The notes beneath the pieces are model-generated. The model did not search any database, was not told the origin of the DNA, and was given only the letters and a program-made list of their open reading frames with translations. The position numbers and the translations under genes were made by a program. Of a stretch of 26,572 bases of DNA, positions 7,145 to 17,485 are shown one piece after another. The stretch is from a virus (lineage: Duplodnaviria; Caudoviricetes): the IMG/VR virus record IMGVR_UViG_3300042808_000046, positions 1-26,572 of that record. One strand, written 5' to 3'. Numbering within the stretch: the first letter of the stretch is position 1; the number at the start of each line of letters is the position of its first letter.

Positions 7145-7453
7145 ATGATAATAATATCAAATAAATATACAATAGTTCCATTTTGGGGTAATTCATATAA
7201 ATATTTTGTTACTTATAAAGATCAATATATAGAAAATAAAGATAAAAAAATTTATAATGGATATGGACTAGTTTATCCAAATTGTGATAAGTTAGCTTAT
7301 GGAAATGATACAAAAAGTTGTTTAAATAATCTTATTAAAAATATTGAAGAAAAATATATAAACAGTGATGAAATTATAGATATTAGACAATATTTAGAAG
7401 AAATAGAAACAATTAAACAATCTATAGATTTTAAATTAGATTATAAATTATAG
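7145..7453 (+). CDS. Hypothetical protein, 102 aa
   Basis: AAGGAG RBS; lies within the glycosylation cluster. Confidence 0.7.
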   Translation: MIIISNKYTIVPFWGNSYKYFVTYKDQYIENKDKKIYNGYGLVYPNCDKLAYGNDTKSCLNNLIKNIEEKYINSDEIIDIRQYLEEIETIKQSIDFKLDYKL

Positions 7454-7463
7454 GAGGTATAGT

Positions 7464-8126
7464 ATGGATACATCAGTTGTAATAATAAGTTGCGATAAAA
7501 ACGAAGATTTATTTAAACCATTTTTTAAGTTATATAATAAATACTTTAAAAATAATTTTGAAACTTATATAATAACAGAAACAATTGATTGTAAATATGC
7601 TAATACAATAAAAGAAGTAGGAAGTTGGACCACAAGAGTTAGAAAAGCGTTAAAAAAAATACCTACAAAAAAAGTAATAATATTATTAGATGATTTCTTT
7701 ATTAGACAACAAGTAGATATTGATAGATTAAACTATGCTATAAACTCTATAAATGAAAATATAGCGTGTTTTAACTTTGAAAAAACATATGATACTAAAG
7801 ACACAGAAAGTCAATTTAAAGGCTTTTTAAAAAGGCAGAATAAATCAATGTATTTATGTTCTTGTCAACCAAGTGTTTGGAATAAAGATATATTAATAGA
7901 ATACTTGCAAAAAGATATAACACCTCATGAATGGGAATTACAAATATTAGATACTAAATATGATCATTATATAAATTCACAAGATTTTATAATAGATATA
8001 GGATACTCTGATAAAAATAGGACACATTGGGGACTTGTTCAAAGAAAATGGACTAAAGATGTTGAAGAACTATTTAAAAAGGAAAATATTGAAGTTGATT
8101 ATTCAAAACGTGGGTGGTTTTTATGA
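7464..8126 (+). CDS. Putative GT-A-fold glycosyltransferase
   Basis: VVIISCD N-terminus, IILLDDFF acidic motif, QPSVW and PHEWE segments; AGGAGG RBS; neighbours are sugar enzymes. Confidence 0.7.
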   Translation: MDTSVVIISCDKNEDLFKPFFKLYNKYFKNNFETYIITETIDCKYANTIKEVGSWTTRVRKALKKIPTKKVIILLDDFFIRQQVDIDRLNYAINSINENIACFNFEKTYDTKDTESQFKGFLKRQNKSMYLCSCQPSVWNKDILIEYLQKDITPHEWELQILDTKYDHYINSQDFIIDIGYSDKNRTHWGLVQRKWTKDVEELFKKENIEVDYSKRGWFL

Positions 8127-9805
8127 TAAAACTATCTATAATAATACCATATTATAAAACATTAGAATATACTAAAGAATTAATGAATATATTAATACCA
8201 CAATTAACAAAAGAAGTTGAAGTTATTTTAATTGATGATGGTTGCTATGAAAAAGAAATTGATAATTATAAAATAAAAGTAATACATCAAGACAATAAAG
8301 GTGTTTCAAATTCGCGAAATAAAGGACTTGATTTAGCAAAAGGTAAATATATATGCTTTATCGATAGTGATGACAAAATAAGCACAAATTACGTGTCTAG
8401 CATATTAAATAAAATAGATACAGAAGAGTTTGACTATTGTTTATTTAGCTGGCAAGGTATAGGTAGAATAAAAGGCAACTTTATTATAAAAGATGAAGCA
8501 CCTATATGGAATACATCAGTTTGGAACTGTGTATATAAATCAGATAATATTAAAAATATAAGATTTGATGAAACTTTGCAAATTGGAGAAGATGAAAAGT
8601 TCAATAAACAAGCAAGAAAAGGTAAAAGAGCAAATATAGAAGATATATTATATTATTACTATACAGAAAGAGAAGATAATTTAACAGGTAGATACATGAA
8701 AAAAGAAATAACAGAAAAAGTAAGTGATGTTATAAAATCTCAATTAATTATATATCAAAAAGCAGTTAGTAAAATAGGTGGAATAGAGACATGGTTATAT
8801 GAATTTTTTAAAGAGTTTAGCAACTACTATGAAATACTATTTGTATATAAAGTAGCAGACTATAAACAATTAAATAAATATAAAGAATTAGTAAAATGTG
8901 TACAATTTAATAACCAAAAATTTGAATGTAATAAGTATATATGTGCAAGTAATCAAGACAACATAGCTGACAATATAAATTCAATTGATAATTTCTATGG
9001 TATAATAATACAAGCAGATTATAAGGCTATGAATTGGAACTATAGACAGCATCCAAAAACTAACGTGCATATAGCAGTATCAGAAGTAGCAAAAAATGGC
9101 GTTGATTTAAAAGATGTTAAAGTAATATATAACTTATTAAAACTAGAAGAACTTAAAAGAGTATTAAACTTAATAACTTGTACTAGACTATCAAAAGAAA
9201 AAGGCTATGAAAAAATGAAGTTGTTCGTTAATAAATTAAAAAGAAACAAAATACCATTTATTTGGACTGTTTTTGTTGATAATATACCAGCCGAAAAAGT
9301 AGATGGATTATGTTTTAGACAAGCAGTATTAAACGATGCAAACTATATAGCAAATGCAGATTACTATATAACATGTTCAGATACAGAAAGTTGGGGATAC
9401 AGTACAGCAAAAGCATTTGAATTAGGTGTACCAGTAGTAGCAACTGAATATCCAGTATTATATGAGCAAGGATTAATTCAAAATATAAATGGTTATATAG
9501 TAAAACAAGACTTTAGTAATATAGATGAAGTAATTAATAAAATGTATAATAACAACTTAAAAGGATTTGAATATACTAAAAAAGATAATCCTAAACAATG
9601 GAAAGAGGTGTTAAACATGGCTAAAAAGAAAACAGACTATAAAAAAGAAGAAGTAAAAGGTTATCCAGTAAGAAGTTTAAAAAATATAGTATTTGCAGAA
9701 GAAAATATAAATGCAGTAGTAGGTACAGAATTTATAGTACAAAATAGAGATAGATTAAACTACTTAATAGATAATAACGCAGTTGAATATTTAGGAGATG
9801 ATTAA
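8123..9805 (+). CDS. Two-domain glycosyltransferase (GT2 plus GT4-like GT-B) with a short C-terminal domain
   Basis: GT2 motifs LSIIIPYY, ILIDDG, NKGVSNSRNKGL, YICFIDSDD; GT-B motifs IGGIET, TRLSKEKG, ESWGYSTAKAFELGVPVVAT. Confidence 0.9.
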   Translation: MIKLSIIIPYYKTLEYTKELMNILIPQLTKEVEVILIDDGCYEKEIDNYKIKVIHQDNKGVSNSRNKGLDLAKGKYICFIDSDDKISTNYVSSILNKIDTEEFDYCLFSWQGIGRIKGNFIIKDEAPIWNTSVWNCVYKSDNIKNIRFDETLQIGEDEKFNKQARKGKRANIEDILYYYYTEREDNLTGRYMKKEITEKVSDVIKSQLIIYQKAVSKIGGIETWLYEFFKEFSNYYEILFVYKVADYKQLNKYKELVKCVQFNNQKFECNKYICASNQDNIADNINSIDNFYGIIIQADYKAMNWNYRQHPKTNVHIAVSEVAKNGVDLKDVKVIYNLLKLEELKRVLNLITCTRLSKEKGYEKMKLFVNKLKRNKIPFIWTVFVDNIPAEKVDGLCFRQAVLNDANYIANADYYITCSDTESWGYSTAKAFELGVPVVATEYPVLYEQGLIQNINGYIVKQDFSNIDEVINKMYNNNLKGFEYTKKDNPKQWKEVLNMAKKKTDYKKEEVKGYPVRSLKNIVFAEENINAVVGTEFIVQNRDRLNYLIDNNAVEYLGDD

Positions 9806-10028
9806 TATAGATAAATATATAAATTTACTATTCACAAATATGTCTCAAAAATATAAAGTTAATATAATATCTATAATTAGCTATAATGAAGAATATAAAA
9901 GAATAACAAGAAATTTTAAACTAGTAATAGATAACAAACCTAAATCTAAAAAATTAATAGAAAGACAATCATTAGACTTTAGAAACAAAAGAGATTTGAT
10001 ACAGGAGATGATGAAATGGCTAAATTAA
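9798..10028 (+). CDS. Hypothetical protein, 76 aa
   Basis: AGGAG RBS; overlaps both neighbours. Confidence 0.7.
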   Translation: MINIDKYINLLFTNMSQKYKVNIISIISYNEEYKRITRNFKLVIDNKPKSKKLIERQSLDFRNKRDLIQEMMKWLN

Positions 10029-10456
10029 CAGATAAACAAAAAAAGAAAATCATTTCAGATTATGCTATGAATACTAATATAAGAGAGACAGCTAGAATAA
10101 ATAACACAACAGATACAACAGTAAGAAGATTATTGAAAAAAAATAAAGATAATGTTATTGAAAAGGTTGCACAAAAACAAGAAGAGAATACAAAGTCTAC
10201 TTTAGAATATATGGAAAGTCAACATAATACTAAAAAAGAATTAATAAAAAATATATTAAAAGCAATGAATGAAAAATCATTAAAAGTAGATATGTTTACT
10301 AATATTAAAGATTTAGCAACTGCGTATGGAATTATAATAGATAAAGAAATAAAAATAATAGAACTTGATTTAAAAAGAAAAGAATTAAAGTTAAAAGATA
10401 AAGAGATAGAAACTACTAAAAGAATATATATAGTTGATGATTTACCGAATGAATAA
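10016..10456 (+). CDS. terS: Terminase small subunit (HTH)
   Basis: MAKLTDKQKKKII... HTH-like N-terminus, C-terminal IYIVDDLP; directly upstream of TerL. Confidence 0.75.
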   Translation: MAKLTDKQKKKIISDYAMNTNIRETARINNTTDTTVRRLLKKNKDNVIEKVAQKQEENTKSTLEYMESQHNTKKELIKNILKAMNEKSLKVDMFTNIKDLATAYGIIIDKEIKIIELDLKRKELKLKDKEIETTKRIYIVDDLPNE

Positions 10457-11826
10457 TGCTATAAAATTAACTGAAATAATAGCACCACATTTTCATAGTA
10501 ATTTTAAATCTAAAAAACCGCATCAAATTGATAAAGGTGGAAGAGGGTCAACTAAAACGAGTAAAATATCTCTTAAAATATCTTATCATGTTATAAATGA
10601 AGAAAATTGTAGTGTTATAATATTAAAACGTTATTCTAATACTTTAAGAAATAGTGTATATAAAGAAATAAAAAGGGCTTTAAAACGATTAGGATTGCAA
10701 GAAAATATAGATTATAGAGCGGGTATAAGCCCGATGGAAATTACTATTTTAAGTAATGGTAATAAAATATATTTTGCTGGTGGGGATGACTATGAAAAAG
10801 TTAAAGGTTTTATAGATGAAAATAATCCTATAAAAATTGTATGGTTTGAAGAATTAACAGAATTTGATAATGAAGAAGATATACAACAAATAATAGCAAC
10901 ATTCTCAAGAGGGAATGATGATTGGTTTTTAACTTTATATTCATATAACCCACCTAAAAATAAATTTGATTGGGTTAACAAATGGTCTGAAAAAATGATG
11001 ATAAGAGATGATTGTTTAGTAACTCAAACAGATTATACAACAGTCCCTAGCAGTTGGTTAGGGAAAATGTTTATAGAAGAAGCTGAAAGATTAAAATTTT
11101 ATGATGAAAAACGTTATAATTGGATTTACTTAGGGCAAGTCATAGGTATAGAGGGATTAATATATAACCCTGAACATATAAAATGGTTTAATGCTGATTA
11201 TATAGAACAAAGTAATTTAAAAATACTTTATTTAGACTTTAGTGCTGATGGAGGACATCAAACTTCTGCAACAGTATGTGGTTGTTATGGTTATGCAAAC
11301 GATGGAAATTGGTACTTGTTAGACACTTATTATTACAGCCCACATGAAAAGTCAGTAAAAAAAGCGCCTAGTGAGTTAAGTAAAGAAATATTTGACTTTG
11401 AAATAGCGTGTATAAAAAGATGGAAAGCAACGATTGATACTGAAACGATAGATAGTGCTGAACGGTGCTTTAAGAAATCAATTATTCAAAGATTATGGTA
11501 AGAGATTTACACCTGTTAATAAAGGTAAAAACAAACTTGAACTTGTAGACTACTCTCAAGACTTTTTAGCATTAGGTAAGTTTAGGGCTTTAGATACACC
11601 AAATAATAGTATATTTAAAAAAGAAGTAGAAAATTACATGTGGAAAAAAGACACAGTTGAAAAAGGTAAGCCTGAGCCTAATAAAGATGAAAAGAAGTTT
11701 AACAGTAATGAGATATATTATAATACACATAGTAAAGATTACAGTTATTTTTATGCAGATCATTTATGTGACTGTTTTCAATATTGGATTAAAAATAATC
11801 TGCAAAAATTAGGACTTAAATTTTAG
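10449..11826 (+). CDS. terL: Terminase large subunit, PBSX family; 458 aa with one +1 shift at CGG 11463
   Basis: KGGRGSTKTS Walker A, WFEELTEF Walker B, SYNPPK, SADGGHQTSAT, IDSAE|GALRNQ and DHLCDCFQY nuclease motifs, split over ORFs 10434..11501 and 11455..11826. Confidence 0.93.
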
Positions 11827-11835
11827 GAGGATAAA

Positions 11836-13290
11836 ATGGATATATATAAAAGCATACAAGAAACATTGTGGAAATCGAGTATTAATATTCCTGTTGGAGA
11901 TATATACGACATGATTGAGATATGGAAGTCTTGGTACAGAGGGAATGTTAATGATTTTCATTATTACAATGTACAGTTAGCAGATGGAACAACAACAGAA
12001 TGTGAAATGTTAACTTTAAATATGGCTAAGAAAATATCAGAAGATTTTCAAAAATTACTTTGGAGTGAAAAAGTAAAAATAAGTTTAGATGATGAAAAAA
12101 AAACAAAACAACTTTGGACTGTACTAGATAATAAAAAGAACAACTTTAGTATAATGTTTCCGCAGTTTATAGAAAAAGTATTTGCTTTAGGTACTGGAGC
12201 AACAATTGAATATAAAGACCAAGACCAAATAATGATAGATTATATAGATGCTGATTTAATAATACCTTATTCGTACCAAAATGGAGTAGTAACAGATATG
12301 ATTGTTATTGACCAGTTTAAAGAAGGCAAGGTTTGTTATACACATTTAACGTATCATGATTATAAAGATGGAATTTATGAAGTTAGACATGAACTATATA
12401 AATCAAAAGATAGTAGTACACTTGGAAAACTAGTATCATTTGAAGAAAAGTTTCCTAAAGTTAAAAATCCTTACAAAATACAAACGAGTACACCACATTT
12501 TCAAATATTAAGACCGAATATAGTAAATAACTTTGATTTAAATAGCCCAATGGGATTATCAATATTTGCTAATCATATAGATAAATTAAAAGCAATTGAT
12601 AAAAAATACGATAGTTTTACAAATGAATTTGATATGGGTAAAAAGAGAATATTAGTTGATAAATCTGCTCTTAGAAAAAATATTGTTGCTGATAATGAAG
12701 GCAATATTTCAAACGTATCTTATTTTGATAGAAACGATAAAGTTTATCAAGCAATAAACGGGATGGAAATGCAACCTATTAAAGAAATAGATTTCAATTT
12801 AAGACATCAAGAACATATAGAAAGTATAAATGCAGAACTTAATTATCTTAGTGCTGGAGTAGGACTTGGTCAAAACTATTATTCGTTTGATGGTGTAAGT
12901 ATGAAAACAGCAACTGAAGTAATAAGCGAAAATAGTGATACTTACAGAGCAAAATGCAATCACCAAATAATGATTAAAGATTTATTATATGATTTAATAG
13001 TAGTAATATGCGAACTTCAAAATATAGAATTTAAAGAGATAAAAATTGAATTTGATGACAGTATAATCGAAGATGAAAATACAAAAAGGGAAAAAGCGCA
13101 AATTGAAGTCGATAAAGGATTACTAAGCAAAAAATCTTATTTAATGAAGTACAAAGGTATGACTGAAAAAGAAGCAGAAGAAGAACTGCAAAGAATAAAT
13201 GAAGAAAATAAAATAATAATGCCTGAAAGTATTGATTTAATGAATGGCGAAGAAGAAGAAACGCCAGAAGCAGAAGAAGATGAAGAATAG
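11836..13290 (+). CDS. Portal protein (A118/SPP1-like)
   Basis: WKSWYRG, TLNMAKKI, SPMGLSIF, KTATEVISENSDTYR and FDDSIIED motifs; follows TerL. Confidence 0.92.
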   Translation: MDIYKSIQETLWKSSINIPVGDIYDMIEIWKSWYRGNVNDFHYYNVQLADGTTTECEMLTLNMAKKISEDFQKLLWSEKVKISLDDEKKTKQLWTVLDNKKNNFSIMFPQFIEKVFALGTGATIEYKDQDQIMIDYIDADLIIPYSYQNGVVTDMIVIDQFKEGKVCYTHLTYHDYKDGIYEVRHELYKSKDSSTLGKLVSFEEKFPKVKNPYKIQTSTPHFQILRPNIVNNFDLNSPMGLSIFANHIDKLKAIDKKYDSFTNEFDMGKKRILVDKSALRKNIVADNEGNISNVSYFDRNDKVYQAINGMEMQPIKEIDFNLRHQEHIESINAELNYLSAGVGLGQNYYSFDGVSMKTATEVISENSDTYRAKCNHQIMIKDLLYDLIVVICELQNIEFKEIKIEFDDSIIEDENTKREKAQIEVDKGLLSKKSYLMKYKGMTEKEAEEELQRINEENKIIMPESIDLMNGEEEETPEAEEDEE

Positions 13291-13301
13291 AGGTGTAATA
13301 T

Positions 13302-14711
13302 ATGACACCAGAAGAAATACAAAAATTAAGTGAAGATTTAGTTTTACTTTATACTAACATGGAAACAGATTTATTACTTAATATTGCTAATAAACTAAAA
13401 GTTGATAAAATAACAATTGATAATGTTGAAGATTGGCAGTTAGAAAGATTAAAACAATTAAACGGACTAAATGCTGAAAATATAAAAGTAATTGCTGATA
13501 ATAGTAATAAAACTAAAGAAGAAGTAACAAATATACTTTTAAAATCTGCAACTATTGGTTATAACATAGATAATGATATAATAGATAAAGCAGTTAAAAA
13601 TGGTATATTAACAAGCGGGCTTGATGAAAGTGTAATTGTTAAGAAGATACTTAAAACAGCAAGTAAAGAAGTATATACAACATTAAATCAAGTAAATAAA
13701 AGTATGATTGCTTCAGCAGGTAAAGAATATAAAAATATAATAAATAATATAACAACTGGTGTACTCGCTGGAACTAAAGATATAAACAGTTCTATTAAGT
13801 CAGGTATACAACAACTTGCTGATAATGGTTTAACTGGTTTTAGGGCTAAAAATGGAGCAATGTGGAGTACTGAAGCATACGTTAACATGATAACTAAAAC
13901 TAATATAAGTAATATTTCAAATGCAAGTCAAGATGAAAGAATACAATCAACAGGTGCAGACTATATTGAAATAAATTCTTATGTTGGTGCTAGACCACTT
14001 TGTGCTTTGGATCAAGGCGATATATTTAGCTTAAGTAATAATACAAAACCTATAAAAGACATAAACGGAAAAACAATAAAACCTAGAGCTTGGAGTTCAA
14101 GCACTTATGGAAAACCTGCTGGAATATTTGGCATAAATTGTGGACATAGTAAGTTTATATTTGTACCTGAATTAAGTGCATATAATCAAGAAGTTATAAA
14201 TTCAAAAGAAAATAGCAAACAATACGAATTATCTCAACAACAACGTGCTTATGAAAGACAAATAAGAAATGCTAAACGTGAAAAGCAAATGTTAGAAAAA
14301 GCAAATGCTGATAAAGAACTAATAAAAGAAGCAAATAAAAAAATACTTGAGAAACAAAAACAAACAAGAGAATTTATTAAACAAAACGATTTAGTAAGAC
14401 AACCTACTAAAGAATTTATAAGTAAGAATATTGATAATACAAAAAAAATACCTAATGATATTATAAAACCTAAAAAAGAAATTAAAACTGAAATAAAAAA
14501 ATATAATAAAACACAATTAAATAAAATGTCTTTATCAAAACTAAAATTAGAAACTGAAAAATTAGCAACTGAATATTATAAATCTGGGAAAAGTAAAATT
14601 TCTTTTGGTGATACTAAAATAGAAGATGTTGCTAAAAAGTTAACTATTAATGCTAATAAAACTTCTTTAATAAAAGATTATTTAGCAATACAAAATAAAA
14701 TTAATAAGTAA
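13302..14711 (+). CDS. Minor capsid / head morphogenesis protein (Phage_min_cap2, MuF-like) with a C-terminal extension
   Basis: WQLERL, GARPLCALDQG, GIFGINCGH and QQQRAYERQIR motifs; follows the portal. Confidence 0.88.
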   Translation: MTPEEIQKLSEDLVLLYTNMETDLLLNIANKLKVDKITIDNVEDWQLERLKQLNGLNAENIKVIADNSNKTKEEVTNILLKSATIGYNIDNDIIDKAVKNGILTSGLDESVIVKKILKTASKEVYTTLNQVNKSMIASAGKEYKNIINNITTGVLAGTKDINSSIKSGIQQLADNGLTGFRAKNGAMWSTEAYVNMITKTNISNISNASQDERIQSTGADYIEINSYVGARPLCALDQGDIFSLSNNTKPIKDINGKTIKPRAWSSSTYGKPAGIFGINCGHSKFIFVPELSAYNQEVINSKENSKQYELSQQQRAYERQIRNAKREKQMLEKANADKELIKEANKKILEKQKQTREFIKQNDLVRQPTKEFISKNIDNTKKIPNDIIKPKKEIKTEIKKYNKTQLNKMSLSKLKLETEKLATEYYKSGKSKISFGDTKIEDVAKKLTINANKTSLIKDYLAIQNKINK

Positions 14712-14774
14712 GTAATAAACTTATACTACCTAATAAATAAAAGTGGCTTAAAATCAAAATATGGAGGTGCAGAA

Positions 14775-16022
14775 ATGGATAAATACGATGGTATTGTAAT
14801 AGGAGATACAATAACAGAAAGTTTTCTCGGAAATGGGACAATTAACAGTGAAGCAATAGGAAAAACATATGATTTAAAATTGAGAATAGATTTAACACCT
14901 AGTCAAGCAAAATTCAATACTGGAACAGAAGATACATCTTCAGTATTTGAAGTAGTTGAAACATTTAGTCAAAAACTATTAGAAAACCAAAATAATAATA
15001 TTGATATTTTGACTGAAATAAAAAATAATCAAACTAATAAAATGCAAAATACAAAATTAGTTGATGAATATGAAAATGATATTGAAGGTACTATGCTTAA
15101 TCAATTAAAAGTAGCACAAAATTATCGTTTATCTGGTGGAGTTTACAATTCTGACAACTTAGATACTAATTTTTACACACCAGTTACTGCAAATGGTGGT
15201 ACTGTTACTGTTGTTAATAGTGAAGTTATATTAGCAGTAACAACAACAGCTAATTCAAGTGCTGGATTTTATTCAAATTCACTTGCAAGATACGTGGGTG
15301 GTAATATGAATTATTATCGTGCTGTATCTCGCATAAACGATTTAGGTGCTGTAAATAATGTTAGAAGATGTGGTGTTTGTGATATAATACCTGTCGTAAA
15401 TGGTGCTTACTTTCAAATAAGTAATACAACTTTTAGTTGTGTTTTAATTAGAGCTGGAGTTGAGACTATTGTTAGTTCAGGAAATTTTAACGGAATAAGC
15501 ACAACATTTACATTAGATGTTAATTATCATACTTTTGAAATATACTATACAAATAAAAGAATACAATTTGTTGTAGATGGAAAAGTAATTCATACGTTTA
15601 CTGCAACAACATCATCTTTATTGGGTACATTACATTTAAGAGCATTTTTATTAAATACAAATACAGGTGTTGGAAGCACAGTTAGTTGTTCATCAGTAAG
15701 TGCTTCTGTGTCAAGATATGGAACACCTATATCACAAGCGAAAACTACATTTCAACAAGGATTAACTGCAGGTAGAATTTTAAAACTTGGTGTTGGTTCT
15801 ATACATAGATTAGTAGTTTCAGGTGTTGTGAATAATAGTGTTGTTTCATTATATGATGGCACTTCAACAGCTGGTATATTATTATGGTCATCAGGTGCTA
15901 TGACTAATCAAACAGTACCATTTAATGTTGATTTTGATGGGTCAGGTGGTACAGCATTTAATACTGGACTATTTTTAACTATAACAGCACAAAATAGCAA
16001 TTGCTTTATAAAATATGAATAA
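14775..16022 (+). CDS. Beta-rich protein with a ConA/LamG-like segment, possibly a virion accessory protein
   Basis: GGAGG RBS; T/S/G/V/N-rich; YHTFEIYYTNKRIQFVVDGKVIHT resembles ConA-like jelly-roll strands. Confidence 0.6.
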   Translation: MDKYDGIVIGDTITESFLGNGTINSEAIGKTYDLKLRIDLTPSQAKFNTGTEDTSSVFEVVETFSQKLLENQNNNIDILTEIKNNQTNKMQNTKLVDEYENDIEGTMLNQLKVAQNYRLSGGVYNSDNLDTNFYTPVTANGGTVTVVNSEVILAVTTTANSSAGFYSNSLARYVGGNMNYYRAVSRINDLGAVNNVRRCGVCDIIPVVNGAYFQISNTTFSCVLIRAGVETIVSSGNFNGISTTFTLDVNYHTFEIYYTNKRIQFVVDGKVIHTFTATTSSLLGTLHLRAFLLNTNTGVGSTVSCSSVSASVSRYGTPISQAKTTFQQGLTAGRILKLGVGSIHRLVVSGVVNNSVVSLYDGTSTAGILLWSSGAMTNQTVPFNVDFDGSGGTAFNTGLFLTITAQNSNCFIKYE

Positions 16023-16088
16023 AATATGGTTGAACATTGTAACCTTAAATAAATGGGATAGTCGATGGACTTAAAACAGGAGGAAATT

Positions 16089-16601
16089 ATGGAAGATAAT
16101 AAAGAAGAAATTAAAACGGTAGAAAACGAAAATGTTGAAGTAACTGGGGCAACTAATGAAGTTGCAAATGAAGTTGATGTTAAAAGTGAAGCTCAAAAAA
16201 TGGCTGATGCAATTGTTGCTAAAAAGTTAGCTAAAATGCCAACAAAGGAACAATTAGCAAAATACAAAGATTGGGAAGAAGCTCAAAAAACAGAAACTGA
16301 AAAACAAGCTGAAGTTTTAAAAGAACTTGAAACATTAAAACAAGAAAAAGTTAACACACAAAGAGAAAACACTTTATTAAAAAAAGGCGTTAATTCTGAT
16401 GATGTAGATTATGTTTTATTTAAAGTATCAAAAATGGATGGCGAGTTTGAAGATAATTTAGAAACGTTTTTAAAAGAAAATGAAAAATTTACACAAAAAG
16501 AAAAAGAAACGACAGGAATAGCGAATAACAAAACTGTTGTTAATAAATCAACTGGTGTTGAGGCTATTTTAAAAGCTAGACATCCAGAGTTATTCAATTA
16601 A
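16089..16601 (+). CDS. Capsid scaffolding protein
   Basis: Acidic coiled-coil directly before the major capsid gene; AGGAGG RBS favours ATG 16089 over 16065. Confidence 0.85.
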   Translation: MEDNKEEIKTVENENVEVTGATNEVANEVDVKSEAQKMADAIVAKKLAKMPTKEQLAKYKDWEEAQKTETEKQAEVLKELETLKQEKVNTQRENTLLKKGVNSDDVDYVLFKVSKMDGEFEDNLETFLKENEKFTQKEKETTGIANNKTVVNKSTGVEAILKARHPELFN

Positions 16602-16623
16602 AAAAAGAAAGAAGGAATGTAAC

Positions 16624-17466
16624 ATGGCAAATGCAATAGCAATAAATGGAACACACAAAAGAAGAGAAACTTATGCTGATGAAGTTTTAACAATAGCAAG
16701 AAGTGAGATGAACTTATACGAAGATTTTTCAACAGATTATGAAATTGATGGAGCAACAGGACAAATAAATGTACCAACAAGAGCTGGTGAAGTTGTAGTA
16801 TCAAATTATGATATATTAAATGGTATAATATTAACTCAATCTGCAACAGAGTACTTACCTTTAGCAATAGACAAAAACTATGGTATTAACGAATTAGTTG
16901 ATGGTTATGAAGCGGAAGCAGTTCCAGATAATATTAGAGCACAAAGAGTTGAAAGTGCAGGTTATTCAATTGGTATAACTAAAGAAAATTTTGCAATAAC
17001 TGCTTTAAAAACTGGTACAATTAGCGCTGATACTACACCTTTAACAACTGATACTGTTTATAATAAAATAGCATTAGAAGTATCAAACATGAAAAAAAGA
17101 AACATGAAAGTTAATTCAATGAGAATAGTCGTAGATGCTGATACAGAATTATTACTATTAACTGATGAAAAATTCGCAAATACTGCTGGCACATTAGGCG
17201 AACAATTAATCAGAGAAGGTGTTATTGGTAAAATAAACGGAGTCCCTGTTAAACCTAATTATTTAATGGGTGATGAAGTTGAATTTATGGTATACGATAA
17301 AAGATATTGCCAAAAATACGAAGTATGGGCAGTAGAACCATCTTTTAAAGATATTGCTGATGGTAAACACATCGGTGCTTCTGCTTTACAAGGAAGAATG
17401 GTTGGTGGCTTAACTGTTACTAATCCTCTTGGAGTACAAATCAAAACAAGAGCAACATCTATATAA
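16624..17466 (+). CDS. Major capsid protein
   Basis: 280 aa after the scaffold; GVIGKINGVPV and ALQGRMVGG segments typical of this HK97-fold group. Confidence 0.88.
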   Translation: MANAIAINGTHKRRETYADEVLTIARSEMNLYEDFSTDYEIDGATGQINVPTRAGEVVVSNYDILNGIILTQSATEYLPLAIDKNYGINELVDGYEAEAVPDNIRAQRVESAGYSIGITKENFAITALKTGTISADTTPLTTDTVYNKIALEVSNMKKRNMKVNSMRIVVDADTELLLLTDEKFANTAGTLGEQLIREGVIGKINGVPVKPNYLMGDEVEFMVYDKRYCQKYEVWAVEPSFKDIADGKHIGASALQGRMVGGLTVTNPLGVQIKTRATSI

Positions 17467-17485
17467 TCAAAAAAGGAGTAGTATT

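Noticed and set aside
17429-17485. Frameshift extension of the major capsid protein into the overlapping ORF, as in A118 Cps-L
   Set aside because: No CGG or CCC-stop shift site at the capsid end, and the downstream gene has its own RBS and ATG at 17486.
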